Assembly: GCA_945878555.1 (NCBI GenBank)
Contig: CAMDWI010000010.1
Location: 6,559-70,558, forward strand
Direction: 5' to 3'
DNA: 64,000 nt
Source: Klebsiella pneumoniae
GTDB lineage: Bacteria; Pseudomonadota; Gammaproteobacteria; Eutrophobiales; Eutrophobiaceae
Shown here piece after piece: positions 18,866 through 28,068 of the stretch. Made by a program: the position numbers and the translations under genes. Each line of letters begins with the position of its first letter. Position 1 is the first letter of the stretch. The notes beneath the pieces were generated by a model that searched no databases, had not been told where the DNA came from, and saw nothing but the letters and a program-made list of their open reading frames with translations.

Positions 18866-20494
18866 ATGGCTGATACACAGGTATTAATTGTCGGGGCAGG
18901 CCCGGTGGGCCTGACCCTGGCAATCATGCTGGGCCGACTTGGTGTGCGCTGTACACTGATAGAACGTAATCCGGCACCGTCCGGTCTGCCGAAAATGGAA
19001 CGCTGTAATGCCCGTACGATGGAGATCTACCGGCGCCTGGGTATAGTTGATCAGATCCGCAAGGCTGGCCTGCCAGAACACTGTCCCATGGATGTCTTTG
19101 TCGTCACCCGTCTGGTGGACGAGCCTATCCTGCGATTGCCCTATCCATCCGTAAAGGAATGCAAGGCGGACATTGCAGCACATAATGACGGTACACGGAC
19201 ACTGGAACCGTATCAGCTGATATCCCAGTACACGCTGGAACCGCTGCTGAAATCAATCGCTGAAAATGACCCGAACATCGATGTGCGTTTTGGTCATGAA
19301 TTTGTCCGGTTTGAGGACGAGGGCGATCATGTCATCACCCATATAAAAAAGACCGACGGGACTAAGCTGACCATCAGTGCGGATTATCTGGTCGGTTGTG
19401 ACGGTGGCGCCAGCCCGGTGCGCAAGCAGATGGGTATCAAGCTGGCAGGTGATGGTGAAATGTTGTCCCTGTATCAGGCGCTGTTCCGTTGTGACGACCT
19501 GTATGAACGTATCCCTATCGGCAAGGGCCGGCATTACCACGTGTGCGATGCCCAGTCCGGATTTATTATCGTGCAGGACGACACCCGTCACTTTACCCTG
19601 CATGCCGTGGTAGAGGACGAGTCGGAAATGCCGAAGTTGTTTGAAAGGTTGGTAGGCATGCCGATCAAATACGAGACGCTTTTTATCGGCAAATGGACGC
19701 AGCGCCTGCTCGTTGCCGACAAATACGGTGAAGGTCGAGTATTTATTGCCGGTGACTCTGCCCATCTGGTGATCCCTACCGGTGGTCTGGGTATGAATAC
19801 CGGTGTGGGTGATGCAACAGATTTGGCCTGGAAGCTGAAGGGAGCACTGGAGGGCTGGGCAGGCGAACATCTGCTTGCCTCCTACATGAGCGAACGGCTC
19901 CAGATTGGTATCCGCAACGTCAAGGCGTCAGGACGAGCCAATGAAGGCCGCTATCGCTGGCGTTCGGCCTATAAACCGGAGATTCGGGATCAGACACCTG
20001 AAGGTGCGAAGATCCGTGCCGAGGTGGCAGAAATCGCGAATATCGAGCAACGTAAGACCAACGAAATTCTCGGTATCGAGGCCGGATATCGTTATGTCGA
20101 TTCCCCGCTGATCTGGCCGGCAGCCGGTAAGGGGCCCGACCCGGATGCGCAATATTATATGCCGACCACCTGGCCCGGCTTTCGCCTGCCACACGTCTGG
20201 TTAAAAGACGGCAGCGCCATCCATGATCGGTTAGGCAAGGGCTATACGCTGCTGCGTTTTGACCAGGACCGCCATGATTTTTCAGAACTGGCTGCCGCGT
20301 TCCAAAAGACAGGCGCGCCATTCGAGCAGCTGAGTCTGGATGATGCACATGCGGTTGAGGTCTATGAGGGTTACACGCTGTTGTTACTGCGCCCCGACCT
20401 GCACATCGTCTGGCGTGGTAAGGAAGCACCCGGCGATCAACAATGGCTGGTCGATGTCGCCACCGGCCACCGTCTGCCGCCTGTGCTGAACTGA
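18866..20494 (+). CDS. FAD-dependent aromatic-ring monooxygenase (PheA/TfdB/MhpA-type flavoprotein hydroxylase)
   Basis: 542 aa. It has the N-terminal dinucleotide-binding motif LIVGAGPVGLTLA, a DG-type motif (GCDGGASPVR) and the GD motif IAGDSAHLVIPTGGLGMNTG, all typical of group A flavin monooxygenases. Confidence 0.8.
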   Translation: MADTQVLIVGAGPVGLTLAIMLGRLGVRCTLIERNPAPSGLPKMERCNARTMEIYRRLGIVDQIRKAGLPEHCPMDVFVVTRLVDEPILRLPYPSVKECKADIAAHNDGTRTLEPYQLISQYTLEPLLKSIAENDPNIDVRFGHEFVRFEDEGDHVITHIKKTDGTKLTISADYLVGCDGGASPVRKQMGIKLAGDGEMLSLYQALFRCDDLYERIPIGKGRHYHVCDAQSGFIIVQDDTRHFTLHAVVEDESEMPKLFERLVGMPIKYETLFIGKWTQRLLVADKYGEGRVFIAGDSAHLVIPTGGLGMNTGVGDATDLAWKLKGALEGWAGEHLLASYMSERLQIGIRNVKASGRANEGRYRWRSAYKPEIRDQTPEGAKIRAEVAEIANIEQRKTNEILGIEAGYRYVDSPLIWPAAGKGPDPDAQYYMPTTWPGFRLPHVWLKDGSAIHDRLGKGYTLLRFDQDRHDFSELAAAFQKTGAPFEQLSLDDAHAVEVYEGYTLLLLRPDLHIVWRGKEAPGDQQWLVDVATGHRLPPVLN

Positions 20495-20678
20495 AGCTGA
20501 ATAACTGTTCTGAATTGCGCTAGAGTTAGGAATCAGCCGTCTGGCTATAATCGTTCAAGACACGCTGTGAATACATCCATGTACGCTCGGGCGCCGCATC
20601 CATGCGGCTAACGGTCTTTCACAATTATAGCCAGACGGCTGATGTAACCGTTAGACTGAAACAGTTATTTAGTATCTG

Positions 20679-21410
20679 CTATTTCGCGCCAGGGGCCGGC
20701 TCATACGGACGACCCGCACGCCGACACCAGCGCTCCCAGGCCCGCTCGAACGTATAGGGACCACGGCGTTTCAGGATGGCATCCACCTCACCCTCACTCA
20801 GAAATGTAATCTCACCCAGCATACTGGCCTTGAATTGCAGCTCCGCATTCACTTCCAGATAGATCGCGCTGAATACTACCTCGCGTACTGAATGACCAAT
20901 GACGACACAACCATGCCCGCGCATCAGAGCCGCCCGGTTGCTACCCAGACTGACAGCCAGATCGCGTCCCATCGCCATATCGCTGACCAGCAGTGTAGTG
21001 TCGCCGAAATTGGTTCGAGAGTCCCAGATGGGTACATGGGAGCCCATGCCGGCACACATATGCAGCAACGGTTTCAAACTGGTCCCGGTGACACCGTAAG
21101 GGATGACATTCGGGCTGTGGTTATGGACCACGGCGGTGACCTCTGGTCGTGCCTCATAAATCGCGCCATGGATATGACGTTCGGCATACGGGTCCATGCC
21201 GCGCGCATCTATCGGTTTGCCTTCCAGCGTGAATTCAATCAAATCACTGACTTCAATACATTCAGGTGCACGTGAGCGAGACATGATATAGCGATCCGGG
21301 TATTGCGGATGGCGTATGCTGATATGTCCGAAAGAATCGACCACACCCTCCTTCGCAAGTATATGGTTGGCGGTGACCAGTTCTTCCAGCGCAGCATCAA
21401 TCAGAGTCAT
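20679..21410 (-). CDS. Class II aldolase/adducin-family protein
   Basis: 243 aa, matching the class II aldolase N-terminal-domain pattern (ANHILAKEGVVDSFGHISIRHP...HGAIYEARPEVTAVVHNHSPNVIPYG). Confidence 0.7.
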   Translation of the reverse strand: MTLIDAALEELVTANHILAKEGVVDSFGHISIRHPQYPDRYIMSRSRAPECIEVSDLIEFTLEGKPIDARGMDPYAERHIHGAIYEARPEVTAVVHNHSPNVIPYGVTGTSLKPLLHMCAGMGSHVPIWDSRTNFGDTTLLVSDMAMGRDLAVSLGSNRAALMRGHGCVVIGHSVREVVFSAIYLEVNAELQFKASMLGEITFLSEGEVDAILKRRGPYTFERAWERWCRRAGRPYEPAPGAK

Positions 21411-21507
21411 AAATCATTCCATCAGGTTATTGTTTCAGGATGTGGTGTATCAGAATTCAGTATATTTAATGCGATGGATTTCGCAACCGCTCAGGACATG
21501 AAGATAC

Positions 21508-22209
21508 TCAACCCTGTACCTTGACCCTGATTTTGCCAAGTCCGTCGATACTGCCGATCATAACGTCACCTGGCAGCACCGCACTGACCCCTTCTGGTGT
21601 GCCCGTCATGATCAAATCGCCAGGCTGCAGACCCTCGTAACGCGTGAAGTGGGCAATTATCTCCGGCACCGACCAGGTGAGCTGGTTGATATTGGAAGAC
21701 TGACGGATCTGGCCGTTAACATCCAGACTTATCGCCGCGGCTGTCATTCTGCCGGTTTGTTCAGCCGGTAGTATCGGACCTATCGGCGCGGAATAGCTGA
21801 ACGATTTACCGGACTCCCAGGGTTGTCGATTGCTGCACGCCTCCAGCTGCAGGTCGCGGCGTGTCATATCCAGGCCAACCGCATAACCATAGATATGATC
21901 CCACGCATCGGCCTCGGCTATATTGCTGCCGCCCTGGCTGATGGCGACGACCAGTTCTATCTCATGGTGGAAGTTCCTGGTCATCGGCGGATAAGGAATT
22001 GATATTTCGTCAATCCCCGCCTCTACCAGCGCACTGGCAGGTTTCATGAAAAAGAACGGCGGTATCCTGCCGGGATCCATGCCCATTTCCCGGGCATGGG
22101 CCGCATAGTTTCGGCCTACGCAGATGATCCGGTTGATCGGAAAGCGTTCAGCCTTGCCAATAATCGGAAGACTGTGAATTCTGGCGGGTGGCACAACATA
22201 GTCGGGCAT
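21508..22209 (-). CDS. Fumarylacetoacetate-hydrolase (FAH) family protein (e.g. fumarylpyruvate hydrolase or 2-keto-4-pentenoate hydratase type)
   Basis: 233 aa with the FAH-fold signature RIICVGRNYAAHAREMG...FFFMKP...EIELVVAI; the size matches short FAH-family hydrolases. Confidence 0.75.
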   Translation of the reverse strand: MPDYVVPPARIHSLPIIGKAERFPINRIICVGRNYAAHAREMGMDPGRIPPFFFMKPASALVEAGIDEISIPYPPMTRNFHHEIELVVAISQGGSNIAEADAWDHIYGYAVGLDMTRRDLQLEACSNRQPWESGKSFSYSAPIGPILPAEQTGRMTAAAISLDVNGQIRQSSNINQLTWSVPEIIAHFTRYEGLQPGDLIMTGTPEGVSAVLPGDVMIGSIDGLGKIRVKVQG

Positions 22210-22286
22210 GGTCTACTCCAGGACAATTTCTTTAAACGGTTTTTTTGGCCCGGCATTATAAACCAGAGTGTTTGATAGACATACAA

Positions 22287-23327
22287 TCAATATGTCTGAA
22301 ACACTTGCTCAAGTCTGGTGGCGGCTACCTTGTGGGCGAGTGCCAGCATCAATAAAATTCTGGCCTTTTGCGGGGTCAGGTTATCAGCCGAGGTGAAACC
22401 CCGTCCAGTCTGAACCCTGCCTTTGCCACCCCGATGGCTCATTATCACAGCGATACCCTTATCACGGGCCGAGGCCAGTGCGATTTCCATTGCAGGTGAA
22501 GCAGACCCTGTCGCAAAACCGGCAACAATAATCCCCCGGGCACCGGCGGCGACAGCGGCCTCGACCAGCTCCGGTCCAGCATCCGCGTAGACATATACGA
22601 TATCAACGCGGGGCAGGTCAGCGGTTACGCGGACATCATCCAGCCGGAATTCACTGTTAGCAGTATGGCGCCCATAGGGCATCCGGTAAAAGCGAATCTG
22701 ATCGGGGTCGGTCAATCCGAGCACGCCGAGGTCACCGGAATTCCAGGTTTCGGTACGATAGCTGATGGTCTTGGTCACGTCGCGTGCCGCGTGGATCATA
22801 TCTCCCGCGACCAGCATGACACCACGACCACCTGCCTCCGGATGGGCGGCCACACGGATCGCATCGAACAGATTGCGTGAGCCATCCTCACTTAATGTAC
22901 CCCGTTGCCGTTGCGCACCGACAACAACAACCGGTTTGTCGGTATCGAGCACCAGATTCAGGAAGTAGGAGGTCTCTTCAGAGGTGTTGGATCCATGGGT
23001 GACGACGATACCGTCTATGTCCGGATTCGCATTCAACTGCTGCATGATGACCTTCGCCAGATCGATCCAGTTCTGGATACTGATTTCAGAACTGCCGATA
23101 CGGACGTAGTCGTGTACCTCGATATTGGCCACTGTGCCCAGCTGCGGGATCTGCGTCATGACGGTTTCCACTGACATACGCCCATCCGGTGAATTTGCGA
23201 TTGTGCCACCGGTCGCAATGATCTTTACCAATGGCCTGTCGGTGTTGTCCTGAGCGCGTGTAGGCGGCATGGCAAAAATTGTTATCGATAGCAACAACGT
23301 GGACAGCCTTGCAATATACGGTCTCAT
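22287..23327 (-). CDS. Periplasmic L-asparaginase (type II family)
   Basis: ORF 22287..23384. I prefer the ATG at 23327 because GGAGG lies 6 nt upstream on the minus strand. It gives the signal peptide MRPYIARLSTLLLSITIFAMPPTRAQ. The asparaginase threonine motif VKIIATGGTIANSPDG and a conserved GIVVTHGSNT... block are present. Confidence 0.85.
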   Translation of the reverse strand: MRPYIARLSTLLLSITIFAMPPTRAQDNTDRPLVKIIATGGTIANSPDGRMSVETVMTQIPQLGTVANIEVHDYVRIGSSEISIQNWIDLAKVIMQQLNANPDIDGIVVTHGSNTSEETSYFLNLVLDTDKPVVVVGAQRQRGTLSEDGSRNLFDAIRVAAHPEAGGRGVMLVAGDMIHAARDVTKTISYRTETWNSGDLGVLGLTDPDQIRFYRMPYGRHTANSEFRLDDVRVTADLPRVDIVYVYADAGPELVEAAVAAGARGIIVAGFATGSASPAMEIALASARDKGIAVIMSHRGGKGRVQTGRGFTSADNLTPQKARILLMLALAHKVAATRLEQVFQTY

Positions 23328-23555
23328 AAACGCCTCCGATAAACGGACCAGACTGCATCCAGGTTTAATGTGAGTATCGATCAACAGATTATCTGATTTT
23401 ACGACTGGTTCCTATCCTCAACTCCTTCAACGGTTTGCTATCAGCATACGCATACCATCTGTATGCCCGCTTTAATTAATGATAATCTCTGGTATTAAAT
23501 TAGCAACCGATCTGACCCGGCCGGGTCAAAGAGACTATAACAACAGGAGGGCAGG

Positions 23556-24560
23556 GTGGTGATGAACAATCCGATTTTTGACCGGTGGACCCCGATACTG
23601 GCCAGACAGGTAATATTGTTGATCGGACTGGCTGGCAGCAGTGCACAGGCCCAGAATAGCGCTGAGCCTGTAGTGATACAGCTACAGGACAGTCAACTGA
23701 CGCGAGACGTATTTGATACCCGGTTCGGAATAGCCGTACGTATGTTGGCAATGCGTCAGGGTATCCAGTACGACGGTAAGGACCAGGAAAAGACCAACAC
23801 GTTACGCAAGCAGTATCTGCGTCAGCGTGCCAGTGAACTGGTCATGTTACAGCAGGCAGAAAAGCTGGGTGTTGTAGTGGACGAGGCCCAGCTTGACGCA
23901 GCAGTTGCAGATTTTTATCACAAGGCAGGCGAAGGCAAGGATCCGAAGCAGGCGCTGCGACAGGTGGGTTTTAGTGATGAATCAGGATTAAGGGACTATT
24001 TACGTGAAATGGAGCGGATACGACTGGCCACAGACAAACTGCGTGACCAGATCATCGTGCCACCCGGCGATGTGATGACGATGCATCATGATCTCGCAGA
24101 CCAGCTGGTCACGCCAGAGCAGATTTGCATGCGCCAGATAGCGGTGGCAGATGAACAGACTGCCCGTCAGTTGCTGGACAAGTTGAAAAGTGGCGCCGAC
24201 TTCGAGACGTTGGCGAAGGAAAACAGCACAGATAAAAAGACCGGTGCGAAAGGTGGTGACATGGGTTGTTTTGAAAAAGAGGGCATGATTGCCCGCACCG
24301 AATTTGAAAATCTGGCGTTTACTGCAAAACAGGGTGAAGTCGCCGGGCCGGTAAAGTCAGAGTTTGGCTATCACCTGATACTGGTCTATAACCGGATAGC
24401 GGCACACACGCCTACACTGAACGAGGCCTACGCCGATCTGGAACTGGAGATACGTCATGAGAAACTGCCCGATGTGCTGGCCGAGCTTATTGATGCGAGT
24501 GGCGTGCAGACCTTTCCGGATCGGCTGGGTATAAAGGAATCACAACCTGCTGAAGAGTAA
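23556..24560 (+). CDS. Periplasmic parvulin-type peptidyl-prolyl cis-trans isomerase (SurA/PpiD-like chaperone)
   Basis: Signal peptide, then an N-terminal chaperone-like helical region and a C-terminal PpiC/parvulin domain (ADFETLAKENSTDKKTGAKGGDMGCF...SEFGYHLILV). Confidence 0.75.
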   Translation: MVMNNPIFDRWTPILARQVILLIGLAGSSAQAQNSAEPVVIQLQDSQLTRDVFDTRFGIAVRMLAMRQGIQYDGKDQEKTNTLRKQYLRQRASELVMLQQAEKLGVVVDEAQLDAAVADFYHKAGEGKDPKQALRQVGFSDESGLRDYLREMERIRLATDKLRDQIIVPPGDVMTMHHDLADQLVTPEQICMRQIAVADEQTARQLLDKLKSGADFETLAKENSTDKKTGAKGGDMGCFEKEGMIARTEFENLAFTAKQGEVAGPVKSEFGYHLILVYNRIAAHTPTLNEAYADLELEIRHEKLPDVLAELIDASGVQTFPDRLGIKESQPAEE

Positions 24561-24581
24561 TTACCTGGAATAAAAAACAAA

Positions 24582-24619
24582 AGGCCTGGATAGTGTTACC
24601 TGTCCGGGCCTTTTGTTTT
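24582..24619. terminator. Bidirectional rho-independent terminator between convergent genes
   Basis: AAAAAACAAA-AGGCCTGGA-loop-TCCGGGCCT-TTTTGTTTT has an A-tract on one side and a T-tract on the other of a 9-bp stem. It sits between the PPIase stop (24560) and the tctB stop (24646). Confidence 0.75.
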
Positions 24620-24645
24620 CTGCCAACTAAACGGCAAGTACAGGA

Positions 24646-25164
24646 CTAGAATATCGAGTAACCGTTCCAGACCTGGTAGACCAGACCCTTGTTCAGGGCG
24701 ATGCTGAATACCTGTTCAAACAGCAGATAGATTGCAACGGTAACACTGACCGAGATGGTAAGAGATAGCCCCAGTTTTTCCTCGGCAACCATATGCAGCA
24801 GCATGAACATGAATATCATCATGCCGGCGTAATGGCCAACCAGAAATATCAGAACCAGCAACAATATCATCCAGGCAAAAAAACCGGCCACTCCATTAAA
24901 CTCGGTATATTTGCCAGTGATCATTTTATTGAATGCGAGTGCGATATCAGCAAATCCTGCCGCCTTGAACGACTTTTTTATCTGTATCGCAATCATAATC
25001 AACATCGGCACCAGGATGACAATCGGCGTCCTGGCCGAGACGAAGTCATAAGTCAGTGCCGAAGCAAAGGCACCTGCCATTAATGCGCCGATAAACAGGA
25101 TGAAACACAGGTCCAGTGCGGCCATGTGCCTGTCGGCCTGACCTTCTTTATGGTTATTTTCCAT
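24646..25164 (-). CDS. tctB: Tripartite tricarboxylate transporter small membrane subunit (TctB-like)
   Basis: 172-aa protein with 4 predicted TM helices. Its start overlaps the stop of the upstream tctA by 11 nt. The family is poorly conserved, so I assign it by size, topology and position. Confidence 0.55.
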   Translation of the reverse strand: MENNHKEGQADRHMAALDLCFILFIGALMAGAFASALTYDFVSARTPIVILVPMLIMIAIQIKKSFKAAGFADIALAFNKMITGKYTEFNGVAGFFAWMILLLVLIFLVGHYAGMMIFMFMLLHMVAEEKLGLSLTISVSVTVAIYLLFEQVFSIALNKGLVYQVWNGYSIF

Positions 25165-26668
25165 TTGCTGCCTCTTTTTTCTCTTGTATCAGTTTCCAGA
25201 TATTCCAGGCCATGAACACGACAGTGAATATCGCCAGCGTCAGTGGTACCGGGTCAAAGATGAAGTACGGGCCGGACAGCTGGAGCGCCAGATACAGGTT
25301 CTTCTCGATGGCAAATCCGAGAACGAAACCTATCAGCAGTGCAGCGCGCGAGTAACCCAGTTCCTTCATCAGGTAACCCACGATACCAAACACAACTGCC
25401 ACACCGATATCAAACCAGGCATGGTTGATTGCATACGCACCGGTCACAATCGTACAGATCAGTACGGGGACGATGATCTTTGCGCGGATAGCGGAGACCC
25501 GGGTCAACGGATTAATCAGGAACATGCCTCCGGCCATACCAAACAATGCACCTATCCAGATGGTATGGATCATGACAAACACAAGGTCAACATGGTCTGT
25601 TACCATCTTCGGACCGGTTTCAACTCCCATGATAAAGAAGCCTGCCAGCAGGATAGCCATTGACGAGCTGCCTGGTATACCGAACGCGAGTGTTGAACCC
25701 AGCGCACCGCCCTCAACACCGTTGACCGAGGCCTCCGGCGCGATGACACCTTTAACATTACCCTTGCCAAAGGTGTCCTTGTCTTTCGATATCTGTTTGG
25801 CATGGGCATAGCCTATAAATGAGGCCGATGCGCTTCCAAGTCCCGGGATAAGACCGAGGACAACACCAATTGCACTGCTGCGCATGACGATATTCCAGTT
25901 TGCAAAAGCGGCCCTGACGCCCTGAAATATCTGTTTCTGGGTTTCCCTGGCACTTAACGGAGCGCGATCCACCTTGCCGACCAACGATCCGCTTTTTGAC
26001 CATAACTCAAACATTTCGGATATGGCGAACAGTCCCAGAATGACGGCCACCAGGTCAACGCCGTCATGCAAGGCCAAAAGACCAAATGTAAAACGTTCCT
26101 GGTTGGTGACGTTGTCCAGTCCAACCATCGCCAGTAACAGGCCGGCCATTGCGGCGATGATACTCTTGAACAGATCCCCTTCTCCCAGTACCGATACAAA
26201 CGAGAGTGCGAGGAGGACAAGTACGAATATTTCAGCTGGGCCAAACAACAAAACAATGTAACGTAGCGCAGGAAGCAGCAAGGCGATGACCACGCAACCA
26301 AACAGGGCACCCAGGAAGCAGGCCGTCATGGCTGCCCCGACGGCGATACCGGTTTCACCCCTTTCGCGCATCGGTGTACCGTCAAACAAGGTTGGCACGC
26401 TGGTTCCGGTGCCAGGTATGCCAAACAGGATCGCTGTCAGACCACCACCTTGTGCCACGGTAGAATGTGCTCCGATCAGGAAGGCAACGCCAGTGGCCGG
26501 TTCCATCGTGTACAGAAACGGTATCAACATGGCCATCGCAAAATGTCCGCTCAGTCCCGGAATAACGCCGACGATAAACCCGAATATCGCACCACCCATC
26601 ATGTACGGTAATACATCCAGACTTATTGCCTGGAAGAACCCGCTGATCATCCCCTCAACTATACCCAT
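25154..26668 (-). CDS. tctA: Tripartite tricarboxylate transporter permease (TctA family)
   Basis: 504 aa and polytopic. The N-terminal motif GAIFGFIVGVIPGLSGHFAMAMLIPF and the internal repeat ...GIPGSSSMAILLAGF are typical of TctA. Confidence 0.85.
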   Translation of the reverse strand: MGIVEGMISGFFQAISLDVLPYMMGGAIFGFIVGVIPGLSGHFAMAMLIPFLYTMEPATGVAFLIGAHSTVAQGGGLTAILFGIPGTGTSVPTLFDGTPMRERGETGIAVGAAMTACFLGALFGCVVIALLLPALRYIVLLFGPAEIFVLVLLALSFVSVLGEGDLFKSIIAAMAGLLLAMVGLDNVTNQERFTFGLLALHDGVDLVAVILGLFAISEMFELWSKSGSLVGKVDRAPLSARETQKQIFQGVRAAFANWNIVMRSSAIGVVLGLIPGLGSASASFIGYAHAKQISKDKDTFGKGNVKGVIAPEASVNGVEGGALGSTLAFGIPGSSSMAILLAGFFIMGVETGPKMVTDHVDLVFVMIHTIWIGALFGMAGGMFLINPLTRVSAIRAKIIVPVLICTIVTGAYAINHAWFDIGVAVVFGIVGYLMKELGYSRAALLIGFVLGFAIEKNLYLALQLSGPYFIFDPVPLTLAIFTVVFMAWNIWKLIQEKKEAANGK

Positions 26669-26769
26669 AGTGCAGTCCCTGTTTTAAGTATGTAACTGGA
26701 AGTGAAATCATCATAAGAATTAACTGAAAAATCTCCCCCGACGAAATTGAAATATGATTCTGATTAATC

Positions 26770-27837
26770 CTATAACTGGCCGTTAATCGCCTTCACGAAA
26801 AGATCCTTGATGTCCGGGGGCATGTTCGTGGCGTTATTGGTAATTTCATGGATCTCCGCACCCGAGGCGTAGTCAAACAGCCTGCCGGTACGCAGGCCCA
26901 GTGCAATCAATTCAGGGTCATGCATCGCCTTGTCAAAAGCGTCCCGCAGGAACGCCAGTCTGTTTTCCGGTGTACCGGGTGGTGCGGCAACTGATCGGCC
27001 AACTGCAATCAGTGCATCCCAGGCCTTGAGGATTTCACGAGTGCGCTGGGGATTGTCGGTAATATCTGCAAATTCAAAAACGGCCGGTACATCCGGAAGC
27101 GCATCCATTCGCTTGCTGCCACTCTGCAACATAACAATCTCGGCACCGCCATCAATACCTTCTTCTGCGCTACCGTATGACCCCCATGTACCTTTGATGT
27201 TACCGCGCAGCATTTCCTGGCGCACGACGGATGAACTGTCAAAACCATGAATGATCTCCACATTCATTTTAAATGCCTCTTTGGTGATCACGGCATCTAC
27301 ATAGGTACTGCCACCAAGTCCCGTCGCGCCAATCTTCACAGGGGCAGGACTCTTGACGATATCTGCAAATGTATTAAAGCCGGCCGCCTTCGACATGACC
27401 AATACGCGTGGGTCAGCGACGATGCGCCCGAGGTACGCGAACTTATCAAGCTCGTAATTGGCACCTTTGACGCCAGCCAATTCGCTGGTTACCAGCGCAC
27501 TGCCATTGATCATGCCGATAACCAGACCGTCATTCGGTGCTATGTAAAGTTCATTGACACCTTTCATGCCACCGGCACCGGGAAGGTTTTCTACATCAAC
27601 ACGCGCACCGGTGTATTTCCGCAGGTACGGTGACAGCAAACGGGCGTATTCATCATAACCACCACCCGGTGCATAAGGAATAATCCAGGTAATAATCTGT
27701 CCCTTGAAGAAGGCAGCCACATCCTCGTTTTCATCGTGGACTACACCCTGGTTTCTGATCGTACCAACCACGAGTAATACACCGATCACAGCAAAGATCG
27801 TGACGAGACTGATCGCAATTTTCTTGTTCATAGGCAA
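26770..27837 (-). CDS. tctC: Tripartite tricarboxylate transporter substrate-binding protein (TctC/Bug family)
   Basis: 355 aa with an N-terminal anchor/signal. The motif IIPYAPGGGYDEYARLL matches the conserved Bug/TctC N-lobe (PGGxxD). It is divergent from the amidohydrolase at 28069. Confidence 0.8.
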   Translation of the reverse strand: MPMNKKIAISLVTIFAVIGVLLVVGTIRNQGVVHDENEDVAAFFKGQIITWIIPYAPGGGYDEYARLLSPYLRKYTGARVDVENLPGAGGMKGVNELYIAPNDGLVIGMINGSALVTSELAGVKGANYELDKFAYLGRIVADPRVLVMSKAAGFNTFADIVKSPAPVKIGATGLGGSTYVDAVITKEAFKMNVEIIHGFDSSSVVRQEMLRGNIKGTWGSYGSAEEGIDGGAEIVMLQSGSKRMDALPDVPAVFEFADITDNPQRTREILKAWDALIAVGRSVAAPPGTPENRLAFLRDAFDKAMHDPELIALGLRTGRLFDYASGAEIHEITNNATNMPPDIKDLFVKAINGQL

Positions 27838-28068
27838 AACCCTGGATTATCGAAATATAATAATTATGAGAGTGGGACTTATTTTTGTCTGAATGATACA
27901 CATTAAAACAAACTCAAGCCAGCATATCACGGTAGCCAAATAGGGAAAAGTGAGGGAATCTGGTGAATAGGGTTTGCCGCTTACCGGGTGTGAGGACTAG
28001 AATAATTTCAGTAAAATTGTCCAGTATATATTCTGTAACATCGCATCGAATCAGAGGAGCAACAATAG

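Noticed and set aside
19253-19870. 205-aa minus-strand ORF within the FAD monooxygenase gene
   Set aside because: It is antisense to a gene with clear flavoprotein motifs.
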